From assembly GCA_045586665.1 (NCBI GenBank), contig JAZNAT010000160.1, positions 1 to 62,011 of the forward strand: DNA of 62,011 nucleotides. Reading direction: 5' to 3'. Positions 1 to 10,132 of the stretch are shown here, piece after piece. The first letter of the stretch is position 1. Each line of letters begins with the position of its first letter. This DNA comes from Endomicrobiaceae bacterium (lineage in GTDB: Bacteria; Elusimicrobiota; Endomicrobiia; Endomicrobiales; Endomicrobiaceae). The notes under the pieces were generated by a model. The model did not search any database. It worked only from the letters and a program-made list of their open reading frames with translations, and had not been told where the DNA came from. The translations under genes and the position numbers were made by a program.

Positions 1-777
1 GAAAAAGATATGACTAATTATTCCGATAAAGTGAATGATATTTATTATAAAAAATATTTTAAAGATTTGTCCGACGAGTTAAATATATTGTATGTTGCAA
101 CGACAAGAGCGGTTTATGAGTTTTACGGACTTATAACGAAAGAAGCCGGCAGTAAAGACGATTTTACGGACTTTTTTATAAAACAGGAATACAGACTTTT
201 GGGCAAAAAACAAAATTATGAAAAGAAAGAAAAGGAGAAAATTTCCTGCATGGAAATCGAACCTGCACGTTTTGACGATATTACCGATTTGCTATGTGAC
301 AGTTCCGCCGAAATTTACGGAAGAAGGAATAAAGACAGTTTATTAAAAGGACAAATCGTACATTATGCGTTATCTTTGATAGAAAAATTCGATATTCGGA
401 ATTTAAACGCCGTAATAGAAGAAACTGTAAATAAGGTTAAAATAGTTTATCCTGACGAAAACGTTGATTTTCTTAATAAGATTTTAACGAAGTTGTTGTC
501 GCAAAAAGATATTTTAAATTTTTTTGAAGAAGAAAACGAAGTTTTTAACGAAAAAGAGTTTGTAGATAAGTTCGGCAATACGCTAAGAGTCGACAAACTT
601 GTTATAAGAAAAGGTATCATAAATATTATTGATTTTAAAAGTTCTATGTATGACGAAGATTATATAAAAAAACAGATGGAAAAATATTACGTGACGGTAA
701 AAGAAATATATTCGGTAAAAGAAATAAGCTGTTTTGTGATCGATATTGAAAAAAATTGTTTGATACGATTTTTCTGA
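1..777 (+). CDS. UvrD/AddA-type helicase-nuclease, C-terminal part (5' end outside window)
   Basis: The frame is open from base 1 (track ORF 10..777). 'LNILYVATTRA' is a UvrD-family C-terminal helicase motif. 'IIDFKSS' is a RecB-type PD-(D/E)XK nuclease motif. An AddB-like gene follows. Confidence 0.75.
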   Translation, partial: EKDMTNYSDKVNDIYYKKYFKDLSDELNILYVATTRAVYEFYGLITKEAGSKDDFTDFFIKQEYRLLGKKQNYEKKEKEKISCMEIEPARFDDITDLLCDSSAEIYGRRNKDSLLKGQIVHYALSLIEKFDIRNLNAVIEETVNKVKIVYPDENVDFLNKILTKLLSQKDILNFFEEENEVFNEKEFVDKFGNTLRVDKLVIRKGIINIIDFKSSMYDEDYIKKQMEKYYVTVKEIYSVKEISCFVIDIEKNCLIRFF

Positions 778-902
778 GGAGTTTAAATAAATTTGGTCCG
801 TGCCTTGAAAAAGAAAATGTTAAAAGTTTAATAATAAGTAAGAATCTTTACTGTTATAAATTAAATTTAAAAATAGGGTTTTATAATTATAAAGTGTAAA
901 AA

Positions 903-3722
903 ATGGGTTCGCAAATTTTTAACGTATCAATTAATGAAAATATAATAAAGTATACGATGGAACGTATATTGAGTTTACATGATTTCGGCGGAACGGATTT
1001 TTCCGATGTGGTCGTTGTTATGCCGTCAAAAAGACCGAGCTTGTTTATCAAAAGAGAATTGGCAAAAAAAATAAAGAAATCTTTTATCCCGCCGGTTTTT
1101 TTTACTTTTGACGAGCTTATAAACGAAATTAATAAAGAAAACTCTATTGCCGGTATATCAAATATAGACAGTACGTACCTTATTTACGAAACGGTAAAAA
1201 ATGATATAGATAAAAACAGTTTTTCAAAATTTAACTTTTCGGAATTTTTTCAGTGGAGTTACGAAATATTAAATTTTATAAATTCTTTGGACGTCGAAAA
1301 AATTGACGATATGAAACTTTTAAATTTAAAAATGAATGCCGATATAGGTTATGATTTGCCCGACAATATAAACGAGCTGTTAAAACTTTTATATAAAATA
1401 AGAAAATCTTTTCATAAAAAACTTGATTCGCTGAAAAAAACTACAAGAGGTTACTCTTATTATAATGCATATAAATATGTATGCGGATATTTAAAAAATT
1501 ATAAAAAAGTAATTCTTTTTAATCCTTACTATTTGAACGGTGCCGAGACGGAAATGTTCAAACAAATTTTTAACGAAGGAAAACTTGATATTGTTTTAAA
1601 GGGAGACAGCCGTAAATGGACGGCTTTAAGAAAAATTTATAAAAATTTTAATTGTCCTCTACCGCAAAACGTTGATGATAATTACGATTATAATGTTGAT
1701 ATCTACGCCGCTTATGACGGACAATCTCAGGCTTGTGCCGTAAAAAACTTAATTTTGAAAATGACACAGGCGGAACGAGAAAATACGGTAGTAATCGTTC
1801 CCGATAATGCGATACTTCCTTCCGTAATGAGCGAACTTTACGGTATTGAAAAAGATATAAACGTTTCTGTCGGGTATCCGGCAAAAAAAACTACCGTTTT
1901 TGCGCTGCTTGATTGTTTGATTCAAACGCAAAAAAATAAAAATAACGACAAATATTACGTTAAAGATGTTTTATCTTTGATATCCAATCCTCTCGTAAAA
2001 AATATGAGGTTTATCGGCAACCCGGAAGTTACAAGAATTATAGTTCATGAAATAATTAAAAATTTCGACAGATTTGACGATAAAAGTTTATTCAATGGGT
2101 ATATGTTCGTTTCTTTGGAAGAGATAACAAATAACGATATTTTATGTAAAAATATATCGGAAAAAGTATCGGATTACTGGCAGAACGTTTCACCAGAAAA
2201 AATAAGAGAGATAATTTTTGAAATTTTTACGCTTTTTATTACGAATTTTTCAAACTCAAATACAATGAAACTGCTCGGTAAAAACATAAAATTGTTTGCT
2301 GACGGCGTATCTCAAAAAAGTTTTATAAATACTTACCAGTTTAACGTAGGTGCTTTAAATATCGTCTACGATATTGCCGGACAATTTGAAAGCTGCGTTT
2401 GCGCGGATGAGATTTTTGCTTCAAAAGAACTCTTGTCAATACTTGAAAAAATTTTACTCAAAGGAAACATAAGCCTTATAGGAAGTCCTTTGAAAGGTTT
2501 ACAGATATTAGGGCTTATGGAGTCAAGAGGGTTGACTTTTGATAACGTTTTCGTTTTATCAATGACCGATTCGGCAGTTCCTTCAGTTACGGAAGTAAGT
2601 CCTCTTATACCGAAAGATATTTCGGTTTGGCTCGGTATAGGATATTCCGATAGAGAAACGGATATACAAAAATATCATTTCACGAGTTTGATTTCCGGAG
2701 CGAAAAAAGTTTCTTTAATATATCCTAAAAGCGATAATACGGTAAAAAGCAGGTTCATAGAAGAAATAATTTGGAATAAACAGTTTAAGGAAAAATCCTT
2801 AAAAGCCGCTTTTGTTACCGACGTCATAATAGCTAATACGAATTTATACGAAACGAAAAACGAGTATGAAAAAACTCAGGAAATAAAAAAGTATCTTTTG
2901 AATTTCAGCTATTCTTCAACAAGTATTGATTTATATATGGAGTGCAAACTGAAATTTTATTATAAGTACGTTCTAAGACTTGCAGAACAAGTCGATTATG
3001 ACAACGATTACGAATATATTGATATAGGCAACTGCATTCACGACTTTTTAAAAGAAACTTTTACGCATGGTTTGCGTTACGATGAAATTTTAAAAGAAAA
3101 TTTTAAAGTTTTCTATGATAAAAAACTTGACGAATATTTGGATAAATATTTTTCAAATAACAGAACCGGTAAAACTTTTTTGTTAAGAAATCTTATAAAA
3201 ACCAAACTTGAAGATTTTTATAATAATGAGCTTGAAAGAAAGTTTAAAATAATTCTCGGATGCGAAACCGATGTCGTTTCTTTAATAAATATTTTCGGAA
3301 CGGACTACAGATTGAAAGCAAGAATAGATAGAATAGATGAAACTGAAGACGGAAAAACGGTAATAATAGATTACAAAACCGGAACAATAAAGAATCCGTT
3401 GTCTTTAAGAAAATACGTTGATGAAAATTATTCAAGACAAACGGTTTCAAAAAACATAAATTCGTTTCAATTGATAATATACAAATATTTATACGAAAAA
3501 AGTTTCGGTAAAACCGTTGATGACTGTTATTTGTATTCTCTTAAAAATTGTGAATTGAAAAAATTGTTTACAAAAGAAGAAAATAAAAATGAGACATATT
3601 CTTCCGCACTTGAACAATTAAAATTCGTTATTGCAGAGATAAACGGTGACGAACCTTTTAAAAGTGAAAGTTACGATAAAGTAAAATGCGAGCGGTGCCC
3701 GTATTTTTATTTGTGCCGTTAG
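903..3722 (+). CDS. AddB-like PD-(D/E)XK nuclease subunit (degenerate helicase N-terminus)
   Basis: 939 aa. Nuclease motif 'RIDRIDETEDGKTVIIDYKTG'. Cys cluster 'GNCIHDF ... CERCPYFYLC' resembles the AddB Fe-S cluster. No intact Walker A near the N-terminus ('VVVVMPSKRPS'). Confidence 0.7.
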   Translation: MGSQIFNVSINENIIKYTMERILSLHDFGGTDFSDVVVVMPSKRPSLFIKRELAKKIKKSFIPPVFFTFDELINEINKENSIAGISNIDSTYLIYETVKNDIDKNSFSKFNFSEFFQWSYEILNFINSLDVEKIDDMKLLNLKMNADIGYDLPDNINELLKLLYKIRKSFHKKLDSLKKTTRGYSYYNAYKYVCGYLKNYKKVILFNPYYLNGAETEMFKQIFNEGKLDIVLKGDSRKWTALRKIYKNFNCPLPQNVDDNYDYNVDIYAAYDGQSQACAVKNLILKMTQAERENTVVIVPDNAILPSVMSELYGIEKDINVSVGYPAKKTTVFALLDCLIQTQKNKNNDKYYVKDVLSLISNPLVKNMRFIGNPEVTRIIVHEIIKNFDRFDDKSLFNGYMFVSLEEITNNDILCKNISEKVSDYWQNVSPEKIREIIFEIFTLFITNFSNSNTMKLLGKNIKLFADGVSQKSFINTYQFNVGALNIVYDIAGQFESCVCADEIFASKELLSILEKILLKGNISLIGSPLKGLQILGLMESRGLTFDNVFVLSMTDSAVPSVTEVSPLIPKDISVWLGIGYSDRETDIQKYHFTSLISGAKKVSLIYPKSDNTVKSRFIEEIIWNKQFKEKSLKAAFVTDVIIANTNLYETKNEYEKTQEIKKYLLNFSYSSTSIDLYMECKLKFYYKYVLRLAEQVDYDNDYEYIDIGNCIHDFLKETFTHGLRYDEILKENFKVFYDKKLDEYLDKYFSNNRTGKTFLLRNLIKTKLEDFYNNELERKFKIILGCETDVVSLINIFGTDYRLKARIDRIDETEDGKTVIIDYKTGTIKNPLSLRKYVDENYSRQTVSKNINSFQLIIYKYLYEKSFGKTVDDCYLYSLKNCELKKLFTKEENKNETYSSALEQLKFVIAEINGDEPFKSESYDKVKCERCPYFYLCR

Positions 3723-3789
3723 TAACAAAAAATAATGTATAATAGTCTAAATATTATAAAGAGGAAAATATTTTTTTGGAGATTTGATT

Positions 3790-4293
3790 ATGAAAAAAAT
3801 TTTTGCGTTAAGTTTTTTAGTTTTAGGTTTGACGATAAATTTATATGCCGAATTTAAAAGGATGTTTGTTATAGAAAGAAGCAAAAATGCAAATATAGTA
3901 TGTTATGACGCAAACGTTTCCGCAGACGGAACAATAAATAAAGAAAATCCTGTAGATGCGTACTGGCTGTTATATGCAAAGAAAAACGGAGAACGTGAAG
4001 AGTTGAGCGCTTTTGACAAAAAAGCTTACGGTTTTAAAGTAAAATATAATGAAGAGAACAAAAATTTCGATTTTGTGTTAAAAGCCGTTAAAGATAAGCC
4101 TATGACGGTAAACGTTTACGATAACATTCCCAAAACCGTTATAAAAATAAACGATGCGGACTGCTTTTTGGAAAAAGTTTATATTGACTCGGAAGACGGC
4201 GCGTTCGGAATACCGAAAGTAAGTTATTATGAACTTTACGGCAGCGAAATTTCTACCGGAAATCAGCAAAAACAAAAAATAGATGTGAAATAA
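3790..4293 (+). CDS. secreted protein of unknown function (DUF4833-like by eye)
   Basis: Signal peptide 'MKKIFALSFLVLGLTINLYA'. A GGAG sits 8 nt upstream of the ATG at 3790, so the track start 3784 (TTG) was trimmed. The family call comes from remembered similarity only. Confidence 0.6.
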   Translation: MKKIFALSFLVLGLTINLYAEFKRMFVIERSKNANIVCYDANVSADGTINKENPVDAYWLLYAKKNGEREELSAFDKKAYGFKVKYNEENKNFDFVLKAVKDKPMTVNVYDNIPKTVIKINDADCFLEKVYIDSEDGAFGIPKVSYYELYGSEISTGNQQKQKIDVK

Positions 4294-4322
4294 TATTTCA
4301 TTTATTGTATAATATTGTAGTT

Positions 4323-4988
4323 ATGAAAAATTATATTTGTTTTTTAGCAGGTTGTTTTTTGTTTTATTTTTTTGTTTCTTGTTCTTCAACACCTAAACGG
4401 ACACAAATCAACGTTGACGGAGGCGACGAAGGTTTGCAAAATATTCAACAACAGGTGTTAAGCGACATTTCTGATATGAAAAAGTCATCGGATTACGTTT
4501 TGCAGGCAGGCGATCTTGTGGATATAAAAGTTTTTATGGAAACGGATATGGACAGGACTTTAAGAGTTTCAGCCAACGGGACGGTAACGTTTCCTCTTGT
4601 AGGTAATGTGCAGATAGGCGGATATTCGGTTTCGGAAGCGGAAGACCTTTTGGTCGAAAAACTTAAAACTTATATAAAAAATCCGCAGGTTTCAATGCTT
4701 ATAAAAGAGTATGCCAATAAAATGGTATATGTATTGGGACAGATAAAAAAACCTTCGGCAATACCTATTCCGCCGGAAAAAACCATTACCGTGTTGGAAG
4801 CAATAACTTCCGTAGGCGGTTTTACCGATATCGCCAATATGTCTAAGGTAAAAATACTCAGAATGGATAACGGTAAACAAAAAAGTATAGACGTTGACGT
4901 AAATGCAATAACAAAACAAGGCAACAAATCTCTTGATATTACGTTAATGCCGGGAGACGTGGTTTTTGTACCGCAAAGTATATTTTAG
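4323..4988 (+). CDS. Wza-like polysaccharide export outer-membrane lipoprotein (Poly_export + SLBB)
   Basis: Lipobox 'FFVSC'. 'YVLQAGDLVDIKVF...TVTFPLVGNVQIGG' export motif, followed by an SLBB-like segment. Start moved to ATG 4323, in frame with track ORF 4305. Confidence 0.8.
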   Translation: MKNYICFLAGCFLFYFFVSCSSTPKRTQINVDGGDEGLQNIQQQVLSDISDMKKSSDYVLQAGDLVDIKVFMETDMDRTLRVSANGTVTFPLVGNVQIGGYSVSEAEDLLVEKLKTYIKNPQVSMLIKEYANKMVYVLGQIKKPSAIPIPPEKTITVLEAITSVGGFTDIANMSKVKILRMDNGKQKSIDVDVNAITKQGNKSLDITLMPGDVVFVPQSIF

Positions 4989-4996
4989 AGGACAAA

Positions 4997-6718
4997 ATGA
5001 ACGAAAATTTTGTAAACGATAAAGAACAGGAAATAGATTTATCCTTTTATTTGTCGGTCGTATTAAAGAGAATATGGTTTTTGATAGGAGTAATATTTAT
5101 ATGCGTTTCGGCTTCAGTAGCCGTAAACATGTTTATGCAGCCGGTGTACAAATCTTCCGTACTCATGATGATAGACAGAGAAGAAGCCGGACGTATAGAA
5201 ACGACTTCTTTCGGTTCTTGGGCAAGCGATGAAGATTATTACAGAACTCAGTACAAACTTTTGGAGTCGCAGTCTTTACTTGAAAAAGTTCACAAAAACA
5301 TGGAGCTGAACGAAGTTCCGGAGTTTAAGAATCCTAACGGGTGGTTCAAACTTAAAAATCATATAAGTATAGTTCCGATAACCAGAAGCCGCTTATTAAA
5401 TTTGGAAGTCGAATCTTTTGACGCAGGTCTTTCTGCACAAATTGCAAATACGATAGCAAAAACGTTTGTTGAAGAAAACGTAAGCAACAGAGTTTCAATG
5501 GCCAGAGACGTTATCGTTGCTTTGGAGTCCACTGCAAGAAGCCAAAAACAGCAGGAACTTTTAAATTCAATGCCGCAGGTTGTAAACAGCGATTTTATAA
5601 AAAACTTAAAAAATCAGGAAATAGAGTTGTATAAACAGTATGCTCAGCTTACGGCAAAATATACTCCCAATCATCCGCAAGTAGTTTCGGTTCAGAATCA
5701 GCTTGACATTATAAGAGAAAAAATAGATTTGGAAACCAGAAGGCTCATTCAAAGCATAAAAATAGAACTTTCGGGACAATTTTTAGGTAACAATATAAGG
5801 ATAATAGATGAAGCAACAGTTCCGGAAAAACCTTTTAAACCGAGAAAACTTATCAATTTGCTGATAGGTTTTACGGTAGGTTTTATTTTGGGAATATTAT
5901 TTATATTCGTTGCCGAGTTTCTTGACAAATCCGTAAAAAGTTCCGAAGATTTGCAAAAAAAATTGAACCTTAACTTTTTAGGTTTTATCCCTGTAAACAA
6001 AATGAAAAAACAGAAAAGCGAATATGAGATAATGTTAAAAGAAGGTAACTTTTTAACGGCAGAACAAATAAGAAACATAAGAACCATGTTGAACTTTTCT
6101 TTGTCGGACGACAGAAACGCTCCGATACTGATTGCAAGCTCTTTACAGAGTGAAGGGAAAAGTTATTTGGCGGTAAATTTGTCGGTTGCCATTGCTCAGA
6201 CGCAGAAAAAAGTTCTTATTATAGATGGCGATTTGAGAAGGTCAAGACTGCATAAAGTTTTTAAAGTTTCAAACGAAAAAGGGTTATCGAATATTTGGAA
6301 CGGAGATAAAAACGTGTCGGATTTCGAATATAACGTTCAAAAAACCGATGTGGAGAATCTTTTCGTTATAACATCCGGTACAAGACCTCCCAATCCGTCG
6401 GAACTTTTAAACACTCCTTTATTGGAAGCTTTTATCAAGTGGGCATTGCAAAATTTTGATACTGTAATAGTCGATTGTCCGGCCGTACTCCCGGTAAGCG
6501 ACACTTTGTTATGGGGAAAATATATAAATAAAGCTGTTTTCGTCATAAAATACGGACAGACAAACGTTAAAATGGCCGAAAATGCAATACAAAAATTAAA
6601 AAATGCAGGAATTAAAATATTAGGCGGAGTTATATCTCAGTATGAGCCGGAAGGAATATCTTACAGCAAATACGGATATTACAAAAATTATTCTTATTAT
6701 ACCGGCGACAAAAAATAA
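4997..6718 (+). CDS. Wzc-type chain-length determinant / bacterial tyrosine (BY) kinase
   Basis: N-terminal Wzz-type domain with 2 TM segments. Walker A 'SEGKS', A' 'VLIIDGDLRR', Walker B 'TVIVDCPA'. C-terminal Tyr cluster 'YSKYGYYKNYSYYTG'. Confidence 0.85.
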   Translation: MNENFVNDKEQEIDLSFYLSVVLKRIWFLIGVIFICVSASVAVNMFMQPVYKSSVLMMIDREEAGRIETTSFGSWASDEDYYRTQYKLLESQSLLEKVHKNMELNEVPEFKNPNGWFKLKNHISIVPITRSRLLNLEVESFDAGLSAQIANTIAKTFVEENVSNRVSMARDVIVALESTARSQKQQELLNSMPQVVNSDFIKNLKNQEIELYKQYAQLTAKYTPNHPQVVSVQNQLDIIREKIDLETRRLIQSIKIELSGQFLGNNIRIIDEATVPEKPFKPRKLINLLIGFTVGFILGILFIFVAEFLDKSVKSSEDLQKKLNLNFLGFIPVNKMKKQKSEYEIMLKEGNFLTAEQIRNIRTMLNFSLSDDRNAPILIASSLQSEGKSYLAVNLSVAIAQTQKKVLIIDGDLRRSRLHKVFKVSNEKGLSNIWNGDKNVSDFEYNVQKTDVENLFVITSGTRPPNPSELLNTPLLEAFIKWALQNFDTVIVDCPAVLPVSDTLLWGKYINKAVFVIKYGQTNVKMAENAIQKLKNAGIKILGGVISQYEPEGISYSKYGYYKNYSYYTGDKK

Positions 6719-6818
6719 TAATTTGAAAGCTGTAAACACGTTTGATTTGTAAAAATAAAACTTGTATTATTTATAAATAAAAAATTAAAAAAATAAAATA
6801 TAAAAAAGGAGATTTTTT

Positions 6819-7571
6819 ATGAGAAAACCGTTAATGGCAGGAAACTGGAAAATGAATAAAACCATACCGGAAGCCGTTGCTATGGTAAAAGAATTGAAAG
6901 GAAAAATTGCAGACATTAAAGACGTAGACGTGTTGATTTGTCCCGTATTTACGGCACTTTATCCGGTAGCAAACGAAGTTAAAGGTTCAAATATAAATGT
7001 CGGTGCACAAGATTTGTTTTGGGAAGCAAAAGGTGCTTTTACCGGTGAAGTTGCACCGAATATGATAGTTGATGCAGGTTGTTCTTTCGTTATTATCGGA
7101 CATTCCGAAAGAAGACAATATTTCGGCGAAACGAATGAAACCGTAAATAAGAAAATAAAAGCTGCTTTATCTGCAGGATTAATACCGGTAGTCTGTGTTG
7201 GAGAAACGTTGCAGGAAAGAGAAAGTAACGTTACGTTTAAAGTTATTGAAGAACAGGTAAGAGAAGGTATTAAAGATTTGTCAAAAGAAGAGAGTGCAAA
7301 AATAGTTATAGCTTATGAACCGGTTTGGGCGATAGGAACCGGAAAAACCGCAACTCCGGATCAAGCTCAGGAAGTCCACGCTTTTATCAGAAAAGTTTAC
7401 GGTGAAATGTACGGCGATGCGGCAGATTCGGTAAGAATACTTTACGGCGGTTCGGTAAAACCTTCAAACGTAAGCGAGCTTATGAAAAAAGAAGATATCG
7501 ACGGAGGTCTTGTCGGCGGAGCAAGTTTGAAAGCTGACGATTTTGAATCATTGGTAAAATTTTCAAAATAG
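6819..7571 (+). CDS. tpiA: triosephosphate isomerase
   Basis: 'AGNWKMN', 'IIGHSERR', 'AYEPVWAIGTG', 'ILYGGSV' signatures. Confidence 0.95.
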   Translation: MRKPLMAGNWKMNKTIPEAVAMVKELKGKIADIKDVDVLICPVFTALYPVANEVKGSNINVGAQDLFWEAKGAFTGEVAPNMIVDAGCSFVIIGHSERRQYFGETNETVNKKIKAALSAGLIPVVCVGETLQERESNVTFKVIEEQVREGIKDLSKEESAKIVIAYEPVWAIGTGKTATPDQAQEVHAFIRKVYGEMYGDAADSVRILYGGSVKPSNVSELMKKEDIDGGLVGGASLKADDFESLVKFSK

Positions 7572-7686
7572 ACGGTTTGTAAAAGTACGTACGTATGGAA
7601 ACATAACAAAAAATTGTTTCTATAAAGTGTTGTTATCGAAAAAACGATAATTTAAAAAATTAACAAAAAATAAGAAGGAACGAAAT

Positions 7687-8274
7687 ATGAACAACGAGAA
7701 CAGAGCAAAAAATCCTATTTTAACGAACGTTTCGAACAGACATATCCATTTATCAAAACAGGATATGGAAATTTTGTTCGGTGAGGGGCATCAATTGACA
7801 AAAACCAAAGATTTGGTTCAGCCCGGAGAACATGCTTGCGACGAAACCGTTACGATACAAGGTCCTAAAAGAGCGATAGAAAAAGTAAGAGTTTTGGGAC
7901 CGTTGAGAAAACAGACTCAGGTGGAAATATTCGTTACCGATGCAATAAGACTCGGTATTAAAGTTTGTATAAGGTTATCTGGAGATTTGGCAGGCTCGGA
8001 ACCGATAAAAGTTATAGGACCTAAAGGCAGTATAGATTTGAAAGAAGGTTGTATAGTAGCCAAAAGACACATACATTTTACGACGAAAGATGCCGAATTT
8101 TACGGTGTAAAAAGCGGGGACAGTTTAAAATTGAAAACCGAAGGGGAAAGAGGTCTTGTTTTTGATAACGTTATTGCAAGAGTAAGCGATAAAATGGCTT
8201 TGGAATGTCATTTGGACATGGAAGAAGCAAATGCCGCAGGTGTAAAAAACGGCGATAAATTATTTTTGTTGTAA
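7687..8274 (+). CDS. pduL: PduL-type phosphate acyltransferase (phosphate propanoyl/acetyltransferase)
   Basis: Duplicated PduL motif: 'SNRHIHLSKQDMEILFG' and 'AKRHIHFTTKDAEFYG'. Confidence 0.85.
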   Translation: MNNENRAKNPILTNVSNRHIHLSKQDMEILFGEGHQLTKTKDLVQPGEHACDETVTIQGPKRAIEKVRVLGPLRKQTQVEIFVTDAIRLGIKVCIRLSGDLAGSEPIKVIGPKGSIDLKEGCIVAKRHIHFTTKDAEFYGVKSGDSLKLKTEGERGLVFDNVIARVSDKMALECHLDMEEANAAGVKNGDKLFLL

Positions 8275-8291
8275 ATTTCGGGAAAGAAAAA

Positions 8292-8735
8292 ATGAAAATA
8301 TCTTTCGGATGCGATCATGCAGGGATAGACATTAAAGATAAACTGATAAGTTTTATAAAATCGTTGGGACATGAGGTTACGGATTTCGGAACTTATTCCA
8401 AAGAAAGCTGCGATTATCCGGATTTTGCTTTAAAAGTTGCCGAGTCGGTTGTTTCAAAAGAAGCCGATAAAGGTATTTTGATTTGCGGAACCGGTATAGG
8501 AATGTCAATTGCGGCAAACAAAGTTAAAGGAATAAGAGCCGCCGTTTGTTGGAGTAATGAAACGGCAAAACTGATAGTTCAGCACAACAATGCAAATGTT
8601 ATGTGTGCAGGTGCGAGATTTGCCGGCATTGATGATATTTGTTCTTGGATAAAAATTTTTCTTGAAACGGAATTTGAACAAAGACATTTAAAAAGAATAA
8701 ATAAAGTCGGTCAAATAGAACAACGGTATTTGTAA
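8292..8735 (+). CDS. rpiB: ribose-5-phosphate isomerase B
   Basis: 'ISFGCDHAG', 'ILICGTGIGMSIAANK' RpiB/LacAB signatures. 147 aa. Confidence 0.9.
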   Translation: MKISFGCDHAGIDIKDKLISFIKSLGHEVTDFGTYSKESCDYPDFALKVAESVVSKEADKGILICGTGIGMSIAANKVKGIRAAVCWSNETAKLIVQHNNANVMCAGARFAGIDDICSWIKIFLETEFEQRHLKRINKVGQIEQRYL

Positions 8736-8782
8736 GCACCGTTGTTCTTTTTTATTTTTATGATAAGAAAGAGGTAAATGAG

Positions 8783-10132
8783 ATGAAAAAAATGTTTTTG
8801 TTTGCGGCTATGCTTTTGTGCCCGAGTTTTGTTTATTCGGCGTCGGTAACCATATACAATAACGATTTTGCTCTTATTAAAGATGTAAAAGAATTTGACA
8901 TAAAAAAAGGCGAACAAAAAATTGAAGTTGACGAGGTTGCTTCAAAACTTGATCCGACAAGCGTTTTGCCGAAATTTTTATCCGATGCGGACAACATTAA
9001 AATTTATGAACAAAACTACGATTTTGATCTTGTAAACAGCAACAAACTTTTACAAAAATATATAGGCAGCGATATTACCGTTGAAAGGTATCTGCCGAAC
9101 TCTCAGAAAGAAAAAATATCCGGAACTCTTTTATCGGTAAACGGCGGTGTAATTATAAAATCTCAACAAGATAAAATAGTTATAAATCCCGAAGGAGAGA
9201 TTTCGTTGCCTAAAATGCCTGAAGGGTTGATGTTGAAACCTACCATATCATGGCTTATAAACAGTAAAGTTTCAGGTAAAAAAAGTTTGGAACTTACTTA
9301 TAAAACGTCGGGTTTTTCCTGGGCTGCGGACTATGTCGCCGTACTTGATAAAAACGATAAGTTTGTTGATCTTAATGCGTGGGTAACGATAAACAATACT
9401 TCCGGTGCGACATATAAAGATTCCAATTTGAAACTTGTTGCCGGCGACGTCAACACCGTTAAAGAAACGGTAAGAACGCAAAGACTTATGACGGCAAAAA
9501 ATCTTGCCGTTGCCGAATCTGCCGCCGACGGTGCTTTTGAAGAAAAATCTTTTTTTGAATATCATATTTATAAGTTGTCGAAAACTACGACGTTGAAAGA
9601 TAACGAGAAGAAACAGATAGAGCTGACGTCGGCACAAAAAATTCCCGTTATAAAAAAGTATGTATATAACGGAAACGACTATAATAAAAAAGTTGAAGTC
9701 GTTTTAAATTTTAGGAATGATAAAAAATCGAATTTAGGTTTGCCGCTGCCTAAAGGTAAAGTAAGAGTTTTTAAAAGTGACGGAGATTCTTTGGAGTTTA
9801 CCGGTGAAGATAAAATCGAGCACACTGCGGAGAATGCCGATATATCTTTAAATTTAGGAAACGCTTTTGACATAACCGCACAAAGAATAAGAACGAATTC
9901 TTCAAACGGTAATAAATGGTCGGAAGAAAGCTTTGAAATTACGTTAAAGAATGCAAAAAACGAATCTGTAAAAGTTGAATCTGTTGAAAATCTTTACGTT
10001 TCTTCAAACTGGAAAATCGTTTCAAGTTCTCAAAATTATACGAAAAAAAATTCAAATACTATAATTTTCAATGTTGAAATTCCGGCAAAGTCGGAGAAAA
10101 AAGTCGAATATAAGGTGAAATATACATGGTAA
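8783..10132 (+). CDS. secreted protein, DUF4139-like, function unknown
   Basis: Signal peptide 'MKKMFLFAAMLLCPSFVYSA'. All-beta-looking sequence with the 'TIYNNDFALIKD' / 'SGFSWAADYV' pattern I associate with DUF4139. Its 3' end overlaps the deoC start by 7 nt. Confidence 0.6.
   Translation: MKKMFLFAAMLLCPSFVYSASVTIYNNDFALIKDVKEFDIKKGEQKIEVDEVASKLDPTSVLPKFLSDADNIKIYEQNYDFDLVNSNKLLQKYIGSDITVERYLPNSQKEKISGTLLSVNGGVIIKSQQDKIVINPEGEISLPKMPEGLMLKPTISWLINSKVSGKKSLELTYKTSGFSWAADYVAVLDKNDKFVDLNAWVTINNTSGATYKDSNLKLVAGDVNTVKETVRTQRLMTAKNLAVAESAADGAFEEKSFFEYHIYKLSKTTTLKDNEKKQIELTSAQKIPVIKKYVYNGNDYNKKVEVVLNFRNDKKSNLGLPLPKGKVRVFKSDGDSLEFTGEDKIEHTAENADISLNLGNAFDITAQRIRTNSSNGNKWSEESFEITLKNAKNESVKVESVENLYVSSNWKIVSSSQNYTKKNSNTIIFNVEIPAKSEKKVEYKVKYTW

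Noticed and set aside
7572-7686. Small hairpins and a GTACGTACGTA palindrome between tpiA and pduL, considered as a possible riboswitch.
   Set aside because: The stems are only 6-7 bp. There is no recognisable riboswitch consensus, and the spacer is too short for a known aptamer plus expression platform.
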